Notes: a model not told the origin generated them from the letters alone. A DNA stretch of 64,000 bases from Gammaproteobacteria bacterium (GCA_965222615.1 CBDCUI010000008.1:352001-416000), one strand, 5' to 3'; positions 10,917 through 21,872 are shown, counted from the stretch's first letter. Translations and numbers: made by a program.

Positions 10917-13637
10917 ATGTTTCAGAAAATCTCTAAAAAAGTCTTTGGTAGTCGTAACCAACGATTACTTAGTCGTTACAACAAGACCGTTGACAAAATC
11001 AATGCACTTGAAGACTCGTATAAAACACTAAGCGATACTGAGCTCAAACAAAAAACTTCTGAATTTCGCCAGCAAATTGAAAATGGTGCAGCGTTAGAAG
11101 ATTTGTTGCCAGATGCCTTTGCAGCTGTACGCGAAGCTAGTACACGTACTTTAGGTATGCGTCATTTTGATGTGCAGCTTATTGGAGGCATGGTGTTGCA
11201 CGATGGAAAAATTGCCGAGATGCGTACCGGTGAAGGTAAAACCTTGGTGGCAACACTACCCGTGTACCTCAATGCCTTAAGTGGACGCGGTGCACATGTG
11301 GTAACGGTTAATGATTATCTTGCACAACGTGATTCGGAATGGATGGGTCAAATTTATCATTTTCTAGGTATGAAAGTTGGGGTGGTAACCGGAGGAATGC
11401 AGCATGCACAGCGTCAAGAAGCCTATGCCGCGGATATCACTTACGGGACGAATAATGAGTTCGGATTCGATTACTTGCGTGACAATATGGAGTTTTTTGC
11501 CGAAGGTTGTGTACAGCGTGATTTAAACTTTGCTGTTGTGGATGAAGTCGATTCTATTTTAATCGATGAAGCTCGTACGCCTTTGATCATATCAGGTCCA
11601 ACCGGAGAAAACTCTGAGTTGTACAAAGCGATAAATGGCTTAGTGCCAAAACTTGAAAGGCAAGAAGAGGAAGACGGTCCTGGCGACTACAGTGTTGATG
11701 AAAAAAGTAAACAAGTATTTCTCACCGAAGATGGTCATCAACATATCGAAGAGTTACTTGCTAGTCAAAAGTTACTTAGTGAAGGTGAAACGCTTTACGA
11801 CGTAGCCAATATTAATTTACTACATCATGTAAGTGCTGCGCTGCGAGCCAACGTATTATTCCAAAAAAACGTCGATTACATTGTGCGAGATGGACAAGTA
11901 ATTATTGTTGATGAATTCACGGGTCGTACTATGCCTGGGCGGCGCTGGTCGGATGGTTTGCATCAAGCAGTGGAGGCTAAGGAAGGAGTTAAAATTCAAA
12001 ACGAAAACCAGACTTTAGCCTCGATTACTTTTCAAAATTATTTTCGTCTGTATGACAAGTTATCTGGAATGACGGGCACAGCCGATACCGAGGCATTTGA
12101 GTTTCAATCTATCTACGGTTTAGAGGTCGTAGTAATCCCTACACATAAACCAATGATACGAGATGACATGGGGGATCTCGTGTATCTAACTCTGCAGGAA
12201 AAATATGATGCCATCATTACGGATATCAAAGACTGTGTGCAACGTGGACAACCGGTCTTGGTGGGTACTACATCGATCGAATCGTCAGAGCTCATTTCCA
12301 AGGTCTTGGAGAAATCAAAAATTAAGCACCAAGTGCTGAATGCGAAACAACACGAAAAAGAGTCACACATTATTGCTCAGGCCGGTCGATCAGGCACGGT
12401 GACTATAGCCACGAATATGGCAGGGCGAGGCACAGATATAGTGCTCGGCGGCAGTCTAGAAGCGGAATTACAGAATCTATCTGAGGAAGTTAAAGAAGAA
12501 GAGAAACCAAAAATTAAAAGCGAATGGCAGAAGCGTCATGATGGAGTCATAGATTCGGGTGGTTTGCATATTATCGGCACAGAGAGGCATGAATCGCGTC
12601 GTATCGATAATCAGTTGCGTGGACGTTCAGGGCGTCAGGGTGACCCAGGATCCAGTCGTTTTTATTTGTCTATGGAAGACAATTTAATGCGAATTTTTGC
12701 TTCCGATAAGGTGCGTGGCTTGATGCAGAAGCTAGGTATGCAGCAGGGCGAGTCGATCGAACATCCATGGGTGTCTAAGGCCATTGAAAACGCACAACGC
12801 AAAGTGGAAGCGCATAACTTCGATATTCGTAAACACTTGCTGGAATACGATGATGTGGCCAATGACCAACGTAAAGTCGTGTATGAACAACGTAGAGATT
12901 TAATGCAATCAGAAGACATTTCTGAAAACCTAATCGCGATCCGAGAAGATGTAACCGATACCATGATTAGTGACTTCATGCCACCAGGAAGCATGGAAGA
13001 GCAATGGGATGTCGAAGGACTTTCACAGATGCTTGAAAATGAATTGGGTTTGGATTTGCCTGTACAACAGTGGTTGGATGAAGACGAAAGCGTTGCCGAA
13101 GAAGAAGTGCGTGAAAAAATACATCAACGCGTTGCCAAATTATTTAAAGAAAAAGAAGATCGAGTAGGGGCAGAAATCATGCGCCGACTTGAAAAAGATA
13201 TCATGCTTAAAGTCTTGGATAATCGTTGGAAAGAACATTTGGCTGCAATGGATTATCTAAGGCAAGGTATTGGTTTGCGCGGTTATGCGCAAAAGAATCC
13301 GAAGCAGGAGTATAAAAGAGAAGCCTTTAATATGTTTCAGCAAATGTTAGAACAAATCAAACATGAAGCGGTATCTTTAATTGCCAGAGCAGAACTACCA
13401 ACGCTAGAAGAAATTAAGGCGATGGAGGCCGCTCAACAAGTACCTGAGAATATAGAGTTTCAACATGCACAAGCTGATGACGTGTTGCATCCACAGGAAC
13501 AAGCCCAAGCTCCGGTTCCTGAAGATCAACCCAAACAACAACCCTTTAAACGTGCCCAGAAAAAATTGGGTCGTAATGATCCGTGTCATTGTGGGTCGGG
13601 GAAGAAGTTTAAACATTGCCATGGAAAGTTATCTTAA
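10917..13637 (+). CDS. secA: Preprotein translocase ATPase SecA
   Basis: [41 protein letters not shown]-terminal [23 protein letters not shown]. Confidence 0.99.
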   Translation: MFQKISKKVFGSRNQRLLSRYNKTVDKINALEDSYKTLSDTELKQKTSEFRQQIENGAALEDLLPDAFAAVREASTRTLGMRHFDVQLIGGMVLHDGKIAEMRTGEGKTLVATLPVYLNALSGRGAHVVTVNDYLAQRDSEWMGQIYHFLGMKVGVVTGGMQHAQRQEAYAADITYGTNNEFGFDYLRDNMEFFAEGCVQRDLNFAVVDEVDSILIDEARTPLIISGPTGENSELYKAINGLVPKLERQEEEDGPGDYSVDEKSKQVFLTEDGHQHIEELLASQKLLSEGETLYDVANINLLHHVSAALRANVLFQKNVDYIVRDGQVIIVDEFTGRTMPGRRWSDGLHQAVEAKEGVKIQNENQTLASITFQNYFRLYDKLSGMTGTADTEAFEFQSIYGLEVVVIPTHKPMIRDDMGDLVYLTLQEKYDAIITDIKDCVQRGQPVLVGTTSIESSELISKVLEKSKIKHQVLNAKQHEKESHIIAQAGRSGTVTIATNMAGRGTDIVLGGSLEAELQNLSEEVKEEEKPKIKSEWQKRHDGVIDSGGLHIIGTERHESRRIDNQLRGRSGRQGDPGSSRFYLSMEDNLMRIFASDKVRGLMQKLGMQQGESIEHPWVSKAIENAQRKVEAHNFDIRKHLLEYDDVANDQRKVVYEQRRDLMQSEDISENLIAIREDVTDTMISDFMPPGSMEEQWDVEGLSQMLENELGLDLPVQQWLDEDESVAEEEVREKIHQRVAKLFKEKEDRVGAEIMRRLEKDIMLKVLDNRWKEHLAAMDYLRQGIGLRGYAQKNPKQEYKREAFNMFQQMLEQIKHEAVSLIARAELPTLEEIKAMEAAQQVPENIEFQHAQADDVLHPQEQAQAPVPEDQPKQQPFKRAQKKLGRNDPCHCGSGKKFKHCHGKLS

Positions 13638-13705
13638 GTGTAGAAGATAAAAGTAAATCAAACCGACGGAATCAGGATGAGTAAAGACAATCAACCATGA
13701 TAATA

Positions 13706-14006
13706 CTGGACCGCCACGCAAGCAGATGCTTGCTCGCAGTGACCTATTTTCTTGTCATTGCGAGGAATGAAATGACGAAGCAATCCAAGCGAGTGCATGG
13801 ATGTAGGGGTGAGAGCACGTATCATGGACAAAGCTAACAGAATAAAGTCAGGAGAAATAAAACAACTGCAAAACTGGATTGCCACGCGAGCTGATACTGA
13901 CGCAATGTCAGGTTTTACTGGATCGCCGCGTGGCCTGAAGGCCACTCGCGATGACAGTAGTTTTTCCGGTCATTGCGAGCCAACTTTAGTTGGTGAAGCA
14001 ATCCAG
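13706..14006. repeat. Cluster of five REP-like palindromic units (CTGGAYYGCY.C-hairpin-TCGCRRTGAC) in both orientations
   Basis: Units at 13706-13743, 13754-13787 (reverse), 13874-13909 (degenerate), 13918-13955, 13969-14006 (reverse); same motif at 36975 and 43881. Confidence 0.85.
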
Positions 14007-14119
14007 CGAACACAAGGAAGTTCGAATAAATGCCGCATCAGAGATAATGTACACTACTAAGGCACTCTGATTTTACATATCTATTTTTGTTAAATGGTTA
14101 TTTTAGTGTTAGGTACATC

Positions 14120-15337
14120 GTGGCTGTTTCATTAAAGGCTCCTACTTCACTGCTTCCTGTAAAAGGCGTAAGGATTGCAACGGCCGCGGCTGGAGTGCGT
14201 TATCAAAATCGTAATGATCTAGTTTTATTTGAATTGTCTGATGGTTCTCAGACTGCTGCAGTCTTTACCAAAAATAAGTTTTGTGCAGCACCGGTTTTGC
14301 TATCTAAGCAACACTTAAGTGTTTCGCAACCAAAGTTTTTGCTAATCAATTCTGGAAATGCTAATGCTGGTACCGGGGAGCAAGGGCTAATCGATGCGAA
14401 AACATCTTGTACAACACTGGCACAGACATGTGGTTGTAAAGAGGAAGAAGTATTGCCATTTTCAACTGGAGTTATTGGAGCACGTTTACCAGTTGAGAAG
14501 ATGATCCAACATTTTTCTTCAATGAATGGTGATTTAAATGAAGATGCTTGGCTAGATGCTGCTAATGCCATTATGACCACCGATACTGTTTGCAAAGGCG
14601 TATCGAAGCAAATGAACTTAGATGGACATGAAATTACCATCACCGGAATTGCAAAAGGCGCAGGGATGATTCGTCCAGATATGGCAACGATGTTGGCTTT
14701 CGTAGCGACTGATCTGAAAATAGAGTTGGACGAACTCCATAAAATTCTTACCCGTGCTGTGGATCAGTCATTTCACTGTATTACAGTAGATGGGGATACT
14801 TCTACAAATGATGCCTGTGTACTAGTGGCTACTGGCAAATCCGAAATAAGCTTGGCGGAGCTGACGCAACCTGCGAGAGACAAATTTATTGCCAATCTGA
14901 ATACATTATTCATTGACTTAGCCCAAGCTATTATTCGTGATGGCGAAGGCGCAAGTAAATTTATAACCATCCAGGTAGAGCAAGCAAAAAGTGAGGCAAG
15001 TGCTAGGGAAATTGCATTTACCATTGCCCATTCACCTTTAGTGAAAACCGCGGCGTTTGCGAGTGATCCAAACTGGGGTCGAATTTTGGCTGCAATTGGT
15101 CGTGCGGATGTCAAGGGCTTAGAAATGCAAAAATTATGCTTGTACATCAATCAGTTAGAAGTAGTAGAAAACGGTGAACTTGCAGCCAGTTATAATGAAG
15201 AGTTCGCATGCAAAGAAATGCAGCAAGAAGAAATACTATTTCGCGTGCTTTTAGGAATGGGTGATAAGGCCAGCAGAGTGTGGACTACGGATCTTTCCTA
15301 TGAGTATGTCAAGATCAATGCAGAGTACCGTACCTAG
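14120..15337 (+). CDS. argJ: Glutamate N-acetyltransferase / amino-acid acetyltransferase ArgJ
   Basis: NSGNANAGTG, KGAGMIRPDMATML, DGDTSTND, DGEGASK, DPNWGRI; GTG at 14120 is a more plausible start than 14087. Confidence 0.97.
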   Translation: MAVSLKAPTSLLPVKGVRIATAAAGVRYQNRNDLVLFELSDGSQTAAVFTKNKFCAAPVLLSKQHLSVSQPKFLLINSGNANAGTGEQGLIDAKTSCTTLAQTCGCKEEEVLPFSTGVIGARLPVEKMIQHFSSMNGDLNEDAWLDAANAIMTTDTVCKGVSKQMNLDGHEITITGIAKGAGMIRPDMATMLAFVATDLKIELDELHKILTRAVDQSFHCITVDGDTSTNDACVLVATGKSEISLAELTQPARDKFIANLNTLFIDLAQAIIRDGEGASKFITIQVEQAKSEASAREIAFTIAHSPLVKTAAFASDPNWGRILAAIGRADVKGLEMQKLCLYINQLEVVENGELAASYNEEFACKEMQQEEILFRVLLGMGDKASRVWTTDLSYEYVKINAEYRT

Positions 15338-15390
15338 ATGCTTGTATAAATGCGCTTTTTATAGAAGCGTTTTAAAGTATTTTAATGTAG

Positions 15391-16353
15391 ATGGGAACTA
15401 GGCTGGAATTGGATTATATTCACGTAGTCATTGGTATTATTAGAAATACTAAGGATGAAGTTCTCATTGCAAGACGCCAAGAAAACGCTCATCTAGGTGG
15501 TTTATTAGAGTTTCCTGGAGGCAAAGTTGGATCGAATGAAACGTCTGTACAAGCTTTGACTAGAGAATTAAAAGAAGAACTGAATATAAACCTGCTGTCC
15601 TGTTCTAAGCTTATTCAATTTCCATATTCTTATTCGGATAGAAAGCTCTTTTTAGAAGTTTATTTAGTAGACCAATATTCAGGAGAAGCGAGAGCGAATG
15701 AATCTCAAGAAATTCAATGGCAAGATATTTCATCATTAAACACTGAAGTTTTCCCCAGTGCTAACTATGGCATTATACGTGCATTGCAACTGCCAAAATT
15801 AGTCGCTATCACTCCAGAATATAATCAGGATCCTGATAACTTCCTTGTTAATTTTGAAAAAACTTTAAAACGTGATGATGTCTCCATTATACATCTTCGA
15901 TCACATGAATTAAGCGACACACAATATATGCAACTCGCTGAAGAATGTTTACTGCTATGTAACAAGAATGATACAAAACTTATACTGAATCGAGATCCAA
16001 GTGTTATTGAAACCTTGAATGTTTCAGGAGTACATTTGACCAGTAAGTGGTTATTAGAAACTAAAGTAAGACCATTGGGTAAAGAATGCTTAGTGAGTGC
16101 TTCCTGCCATGATTTAAATGAACTCATGCATGCAATCAAAATAAATCTGGACTATGTTTTTTTAGGGCCCGTGATTGAAAAATATCAAAGTAAAAATAGC
16201 GAACCACTTGGGTGGCAAAAATTTGCTTCAATGACTCAAGCAAGCGTATTACCCACTTATGCAATAGGTGGGCTAACTACAAAAGATGTTGAAACTTCGA
16301 TTGAATGTGGTGGGCAGGGTATTGCTGCAATACGTGATTTATGGGTTGTATAA
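15391..16353 (+). CDS. MutT-like Nudix hydrolase fused to a thiamine-phosphate-synthase-like domain
   Basis: Nudix box EFPGGKVGSNE...RELKEEL; C-terminal half GVHL, ASCH, DYVFLGPV, YAIGG, GIAAIR. Confidence 0.9.
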   Translation: MGTRLELDYIHVVIGIIRNTKDEVLIARRQENAHLGGLLEFPGGKVGSNETSVQALTRELKEELNINLLSCSKLIQFPYSYSDRKLFLEVYLVDQYSGEARANESQEIQWQDISSLNTEVFPSANYGIIRALQLPKLVAITPEYNQDPDNFLVNFEKTLKRDDVSIIHLRSHELSDTQYMQLAEECLLLCNKNDTKLILNRDPSVIETLNVSGVHLTSKWLLETKVRPLGKECLVSASCHDLNELMHAIKINLDYVFLGPVIEKYQSKNSEPLGWQKFASMTQASVLPTYAIGGLTTKDVETSIECGGQGIAAIRDLWVV

Positions 16354-16495
16354 ACTTATCCTAAAAATGCATCTATTACACTGATACGGCGTTGCTAGCT
16401 TTTCTGCGATGCTCATTTACACATAAAGTAAACTCCGCTCTCAAAAAGCTATGCGCCTTGTCTGAGTGTAATATCTGCGATTTTTAGATAAGTTT
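16352..16495. repeat. 144-bp imperfect palindromic element (MITE-like) between convergent genes
   Basis: Left arm AAACTTATCCTAAAAATGC...ATTACACT...GGCG...TAGCTTTT pairs with right arm AAAAGCTA...CGCC...AGTGTAAT...GCGATTTTTAGATAAGTTT; central TTTAC-N7-GTAAA. Confidence 0.75.
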
Positions 16496-16509
16496 GTTTA
16501 TAAATTAGC

Positions 16510-17901
16510 TTAAAAGGTACAGCAGGCTAATTTAAACTCAATATCTGACGTTCGTTGCTTAGGTTTAGAATTTGGATCCGCTTGTTCTAAAAAACGAATA
16601 GAAAAGCGGTGTTTGCCTGCACTGCATTCTGGAAACAGTTGTAGGTCGCTTTTAATACCAATGCGTATTAATTGATTAGGCTGGCTAGGATCTAGGTTTT
16701 GGTCATAAAAGCCTCTAGGGGCATGCTTGGTCGAATACGGCGTACTTTCACGAATTAACTGTAAAACCTGTGTCGCTCCTTCTTGAACAATATCAAAGGG
16801 TGCAATCCAATCCATAAGAATTTTGTTTCGATTTACAAAGGGTTGTGCCAACCAGTAATGATATTCAGGCAAATCAAAATCGCATGTGCCACCGGGGATT
16901 ACAGCACGTTGCCGAATGCTGCTGATAAAATCATTATTTTTTAAGTGACTGCCGAGTTGACCGCGTGCTGTATGTAAACGGTCAAATATCGATTTATGAC
17001 TCGCTAAAATGTCACTTAGCATGGTGGTGTCCAATTTAGGTTTATCGGCAAGCCCCTCTAAATTATCCATTTGCCGTTTAATTTCTTTTAACAGTTCTTG
17101 CTTGATATCACCTCGCGAAACTAAGCTTAAAATCTCAATTAAAGTCATCAATGCTGTGTGTGAGTCTGAAGTATCTTCTCGTTTTGCAAAATATCCAAAG
17201 CGACAAGTTAGCTGTTCATAGCGAAGAAAAGTACGCATGCGTTCATTAAGTGGTTGTTCATAGGTAATGAAATTAGGATCGATACTGTTTTGACGCACAA
17301 TATTTGGTTTATTACTCAGTGCACTATATTTTTGATGTAATAAAGCAACCTTTTCGTTAAGAGAATCGATGCTGTCATGATTTTCAATTACATCATCGGC
17401 TAATCTAAGTCGCTCTTCTCGACTAATTTGTGTAGCAATGATACTTCTGACATGGGATTCACTACATTGGTCGCGCTGCATCACACGTTGTATCTGATTT
17501 TCGATTGTGCAGTCTACGACTAATACACGGTTAACAAAACTAGAATGTTTAGTTTCTAATAGTAATGGTATAACCACGATGCAGTAATCCGCATCAATCA
17601 TTTCAAGCTTTTGGTCAATCTCTTTGTATACGATAGGATGTAGGATGGCTTCTAATTTGTCCCTGAGCACTGGATCAGCAAAAATTGCCTGGCGTAATTT
17701 TTCTCGTTGCAGATCACGGTTTTCATCAAGGTACTCTGAGCCAATTTTTTCAAAGATTAATTCGCGAACATAATCTTTTTTTGATAGCTCTTGTGCAATG
17801 GCGTCGGCATCGATAATGGGAATATTGAAATCACGGTAGAATATGTCGGCAACAATGCTTTTGCCACATCCAATTCCTCCTGTAAGACCAACTACCAGCA
17901 T
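16510..17901 (-). CDS. coaE-zapD: In-frame fusion of dephospho-CoA kinase CoaE (N-terminal ~197 aa) and cell division protein ZapD
   Basis: GLTGGIGCGKS, IDAD, HPIV, PLLLE, ADDVIEN; then YEQPLNERMRTFLR, PGGTCDFDLP, SAGKHRFSIRF, FKLACC; no stop between them. Confidence 0.88.
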   Translation of the reverse strand: MLVVGLTGGIGCGKSIVADIFYRDFNIPIIDADAIAQELSKKDYVRELIFEKIGSEYLDENRDLQREKLRQAIFADPVLRDKLEAILHPIVYKEIDQKLEMIDADYCIVVIPLLLETKHSSFVNRVLVVDCTIENQIQRVMQRDQCSESHVRSIIATQISREERLRLADDVIENHDSIDSLNEKVALLHQKYSALSNKPNIVRQNSIDPNFITYEQPLNERMRTFLRYEQLTCRFGYFAKREDTSDSHTALMTLIEILSLVSRGDIKQELLKEIKRQMDNLEGLADKPKLDTTMLSDILASHKSIFDRLHTARGQLGSHLKNNDFISSIRQRAVIPGGTCDFDLPEYHYWLAQPFVNRNKILMDWIAPFDIVQEGATQVLQLIRESTPYSTKHAPRGFYDQNLDPSQPNQLIRIGIKSDLQLFPECSAGKHRFSIRFLEQADPNSKPKQRTSDIEFKLACCTF

Positions 17902-17918
17902 TATTGATACAATACTGT

Positions 17919-18809
17919 TTACGAGAGTGAGGTTTTAGATAGATAGAATTCCATAAGTTGATTACCGTACAACATTGCAATCCATCCCGCTACTGCAAGA
18001 TAGGGCCCAAATGGGATTGGATTGCTACGTTCTTGCAGCTTGGTCACAATCATGATAATGCCTATTATTGCGCCTGCTGCAGAGGATAATAGAATAATTA
18101 ATGCTAGCGACTGCCATCCTAACCAAGCGCCTAATGCGGCAAGTAACTTAAAATCACCATAGCCCATGCCTTCCTTACTAGTTACTAATTTGAAGATATG
18201 GAATACAAGCCATAGAGACAAGTAACCAAATATCGCACCCAACACACTTGAGGTTAAATCTGTATAAGTGTTGAAGATGTTGAAAACAATTCCTAGCCAC
18301 AGTAAAGGCAAGGTCATGTTATCTGGCAATAATTGAGTCTTGATGTCAATTCCACTGAGGGAGATTAAATACCAAGTAAAGATCACAGCACCTAAGGATT
18401 GAAAACTGAATCCATACTTCCATACAACGATCGTGGTGAGGATGGCAGTTAGTAATTCGACAAAAGGATATTGTAAAGAAATTTTAGTGCTGCATTGGCT
18501 GCATTTACCTCTTAGAAACAGATAACTAATAATAGGAACATTTTCTAAAGCACGGATTTTGTGGTCACATGAAGGACAATGAGATCTAGGCACCCATAAG
18601 TTATATTTTGTAGAGACAGGTGTGGTCTTGTTTGGGGTAAGCAATTCTTGGCAATCTGTTTTCCATTGACGTTCTAACATCAATGGTATTCGATGAATCA
18701 CGACGTTTAAAAAGCTGCCAACAAATGCGCCAATAATAAAGCTATACGCTAATAATAATGGAATGTTATCGGCGAGATAACTTAATACGAAATTACTCGG
18801 GAATTCCAA
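17919..18809 (-). CDS. pilD: Prepilin peptidase / N-methyltransferase
   Basis: GSFLNVVIHR, RSHCPSC, GKCSQC, LLPD, EGMGYGDFKL, PFGPYLA. Confidence 0.97.
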   Translation of the reverse strand: MEFPSNFVLSYLADNIPLLLAYSFIIGAFVGSFLNVVIHRIPLMLERQWKTDCQELLTPNKTTPVSTKYNLWVPRSHCPSCDHKIRALENVPIISYLFLRGKCSQCSTKISLQYPFVELLTAILTTIVVWKYGFSFQSLGAVIFTWYLISLSGIDIKTQLLPDNMTLPLLWLGIVFNIFNTYTDLTSSVLGAIFGYLSLWLVFHIFKLVTSKEGMGYGDFKLLAALGAWLGWQSLALIILLSSAAGAIIGIIMIVTKLQERSNPIPFGPYLAVAGWIAMLYGNQLMEFYLSKTSLS

Positions 18810-18841
18810 GAGCTAGAATTGTCAAAAGCTTTATTTTGATT

Positions 18842-20065
18842 TCAAACAACCTGACCTAATTTGAAAATAGGTAGGTACATCGCTACAACCAACCCGCCTA
18901 CTACTACACCGAGTATTGCCATGATCAATGGTTCTAACAGGCTACTTAGGCCATCTACAAGGTTATCGACTTCTTGTTCATAGAAATCTGCAACTTTACT
19001 TAGCATCTCGTCAAGAGAGCCAGATTCCTCGCCGATTGCAACCATTTGTACCACCATGTTGGGGAAAAGGTTAGTAGCACGCATACTTTGCTGCAATTGA
19101 GTACCACTCGCCACTTCATCTTTCATCTTTAATGTAGCTTCTTCAAATAGTGCATTGCCTGTTGCCCCTGCGACGGATTCCATCGCTTCTACTAAAGGCA
19201 CACCTGCGGCAAACATGGTGGATAATGTGCGTGCAAATCGAGCAATCGCTGATTTTTCTAAGATATTGCCAACCACTGGGATTTTAAGAGCAAATACATC
19301 AATTCCACGTCTTACCGCTGCAGAGCGTTTTTTGGCATTGATAAAGCTAAATACAGCTGCACCAATTCCAAATAAAACCAACCACCACCATTGTTGCATG
19401 AACTCTGAAAGTTTGATTACAAATAAAGTAAATGCAGGGAGATCAGCACCAAATCCCTGAAATAGCTCTTGAAATTGTGGTACGACAAATAACAAAAGAA
19501 TGCCGGATACAACGAAAGCGACTACAAGTACGGCAGTGGGGTAAAATAAAGCCTTTTTTACTTTGCCTTTTAGTTCTTCGGTTTTTTCTTTATAGGTTGC
19601 AATTTTGTCAAGTAAGGTTTCCAATGCGCCGGATTGTTCGCCTGCATTTACAAGGTTGGTAAATAAATCATCAAAGTATTTGGGATGTTTCGAAAGTGAA
19701 TCGGCCAAGCCAGTACCTGACTCCACATCATTCTTAATAGCCATAATCAGTTCTTGCATAGCAGGCTTTTCATGTCCACGTCCAATGATTTCAAAAGCTT
19801 GGACTAAAGGTACGCCAGCTGTCATCATGGTAGCAAGTTGTCTAGCAAATATGGCAATATCTTTTGGAACTATTTTCTTGCTACGACTGAATAAGGGCTT
19901 GGATTTCTTTTTTACTTTAAGTGGGTTGATTCCCTGCCTACGTAAATCTGCTTTTAGTAAAATTTCATTTGAGGCTGCAGCTTCGCCTTTTACACGTGTG
20001 CCTTTGCGGTCAACACCTTCCCATACAAATGTTGTATTAGTCGTTGCAGTTGCAGCGGTAGCCAT
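18842..20065 (-). CDS. pilC: Type IV pilus inner-membrane platform protein PilC
   Basis: RQLATMM.AGVPL, GEQSGAL, YP..VL, IGEESGSL, LEPLIM, MYLPIFKLG. Confidence 0.97.
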   Translation of the reverse strand: MATAATATTNTTFVWEGVDRKGTRVKGEAAASNEILLKADLRRQGINPLKVKKKSKPLFSRSKKIVPKDIAIFARQLATMMTAGVPLVQAFEIIGRGHEKPAMQELIMAIKNDVESGTGLADSLSKHPKYFDDLFTNLVNAGEQSGALETLLDKIATYKEKTEELKGKVKKALFYPTAVLVVAFVVSGILLLFVVPQFQELFQGFGADLPAFTLFVIKLSEFMQQWWWLVLFGIGAAVFSFINAKKRSAAVRRGIDVFALKIPVVGNILEKSAIARFARTLSTMFAAGVPLVEAMESVAGATGNALFEEATLKMKDEVASGTQLQQSMRATNLFPNMVVQMVAIGEESGSLDEMLSKVADFYEQEVDNLVDGLSSLLEPLIMAILGVVVGGLVVAMYLPIFKLGQVV

Positions 20066-20069
20066 AATA

Positions 20070-21785
20070 TTAATCCTTAGTCACACGATTGAGTTCTTCA
20101 AGACTTATTATACCGTTACGCACTTTCTGAAGACCTGAGGTGCGCAAATCGGCAAAACCTTCTTTTTTGGATTGTTCAGCCAGTTCCATAGAATTCCCAT
20201 TTTCCATAATTAGATTGCCCATTTCCTCAGAAATAGGCACTACTTGAAATATACCCACTCGTCCTTTGTATCCGCTATTGTTGCATTGATCACAGCCATT
20301 GGCCTTGAAAATTTTTAGCTCTTCCAACTCTGATTCCATAAATCCTTCTTCTAATAATGCCTCTTTAGGGGCATCATCTGGCACTTTACATTGTTCACAT
20401 AATTTTCTACCAAGTCGCTGCGCGATTATCAGAGTAACTGCAGAGGCAATGTTATATGGCGGTACCCCCATATTGGCCAATCTGGTAAGTGTCTGAGGGG
20501 CATCATTGGTGTGCAAGGTGGATAGGACTAAGTGACCAGTTTGGGCTGCTTTAACGGCAATTTCTGCCGTTTCCAGGTCTCGAATCTCACCAACCATAAT
20601 GATATCTGGATCTTGGCGCAGGAAGGCACGTAACGCCGAAGCAAATGTGAGTCCAACCTTGGGCTTTACGTTGACTTGATTTACCCCTGGCATATTGATT
20701 TCTGCAGGGTCTTCAGCAGTGGAGATATTTCTATCCGGTGTATTTAAAATATTCAAACCTGTATACAGTGAAACTGTTTTACCACTGCCTGTTGGCCCGG
20801 TAACTAAAATTAAGCCATAGGGTTTGGATAGAGCATTTAGATATAATTGCTTTTGATCGTCTTCATAGCCAAGAGCATCAATTCCCAGAGTAGCACTGGT
20901 CGGATCTAAGATACGTAATACAATTTTTTCGCCAAATAATGTAGGACAGGTATTAACACGAAAATCAATAGAGCGTTTCTTAGAAAGCTGCATTTTTATA
21001 CGGCCATCTTGAGGTATTCGTCTTTCAGATATATCGAGACGTGCCATTACTTTTAAGCGCGCAGAAATACGTGGGGCCAAATTTTGCGGAGGACTTGCGA
21101 TTTCTTCTAAAACACCATCAACGCGAAAGCGGCAGCGATAGGTTTTTTCATAGGGTTCAAAATGAATATCTGAAGCCTTTTTGTTAATTGCATCCAACAT
21201 TACTTTATTGACAAAACGTACAATCGGGGTGTCATCAACTTCAGATTCACTTTCTTCAGGTTCGTCATCACCGTGAGAGATATCAAGATTATCTAAATCA
21301 TCATCTAGTAAGCCCTCCATATCGAGAGATTTATCCCCGATCTCTAGAGCCTTATCTATGATTGGATCAAGTTTATCTTCCTCAACTAAAATCGCTTCAG
21401 TTGTAATTCCAGTATTAAATTTAAATTCATCTAATGCAGCAAGATTCATCGGATCCGAAATTGCAACAAACAAACGATTGCCACGTTTTTGAATAGGCAG
21501 TGCATGATGCTTGCGGATAAGTTTTTCAGGAACGAGATTGCTTGGTAAAGATTCTAGATCGATAGAAGTAATATTTAATAGAGGAATTCCAAATTCATTT
21601 GAAGCAGCATGGGCTAAGTTACCCGAATCGACAATTTCATTTTTTACTAAATAAGTGGTAAGGGATATACCATTATCGTGGGCTTCTTTTTGCGAATCAG
21701 CAGCATCCTGCTCAGATAATAAGCCGTCGTTAATAAGGCGGCGAGCTAATCCACTTATTCTTATTGTTGATGCTGCTGTAGCCAC
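20070..21785 (-). CDS. pilB: Type IV pilus assembly ATPase PilB
   Basis: ASDIHFEP, ERRIPQDGR, GPTGSGKT, LRQDPDIIMVGEIRD, STLHTN, Zn-binding CEQC..GCDQC. Confidence 0.98.
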   Translation of the reverse strand: MATAASTIRISGLARRLINDGLLSEQDAADSQKEAHDNGISLTTYLVKNEIVDSGNLAHAASNEFGIPLLNITSIDLESLPSNLVPEKLIRKHHALPIQKRGNRLFVAISDPMNLAALDEFKFNTGITTEAILVEEDKLDPIIDKALEIGDKSLDMEGLLDDDLDNLDISHGDDEPEESESEVDDTPIVRFVNKVMLDAINKKASDIHFEPYEKTYRCRFRVDGVLEEIASPPQNLAPRISARLKVMARLDISERRIPQDGRIKMQLSKKRSIDFRVNTCPTLFGEKIVLRILDPTSATLGIDALGYEDDQKQLYLNALSKPYGLILVTGPTGSGKTVSLYTGLNILNTPDRNISTAEDPAEINMPGVNQVNVKPKVGLTFASALRAFLRQDPDIIMVGEIRDLETAEIAVKAAQTGHLVLSTLHTNDAPQTLTRLANMGVPPYNIASAVTLIIAQRLGRKLCEQCKVPDDAPKEALLEEGFMESELEELKIFKANGCDQCNNSGYKGRVGIFQVVPISEEMGNLIMENGNSMELAEQSKKEGFADLRTSGLQKVRNGIISLEELNRVTKD

Positions 21786-21858
21786 GAATAGTAATTAGTG
21801 ATTTTCTTAGAAATTAGATAGTTACAATCGGTTATTATATATTAATAGTATAGCTGAT

Positions 21859-21872
21859 TTGATCTAAATCAA
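21859..21872. promoter_or_regulatory. FNR/Anr-type binding box upstream of pilB
   Basis: TTGAT-CTAA-ATCAA, exact TTGAT-N4-ATCAA consensus; TATAAT on the minus strand at 21834-21839. Confidence 0.6.

Noticed and set aside
13706-14006. Possible CRISPR array or attC cassette array
   Set aside because: Units are non-identical, alternate in orientation and are irregularly spaced; no cas or integrase gene nearby
13691-14060. Two overlapping small ORFs (84 and 87 aa) between secA and argJ
   Set aside because: They are translations of the palindromic repeat cluster with no protein features
15391-16353. Nudix plus ThiE-like fusion as a novelty
   Set aside because: This fusion after secA-argJ is a known, common arrangement in non-enteric gamma- and betaproteobacteria
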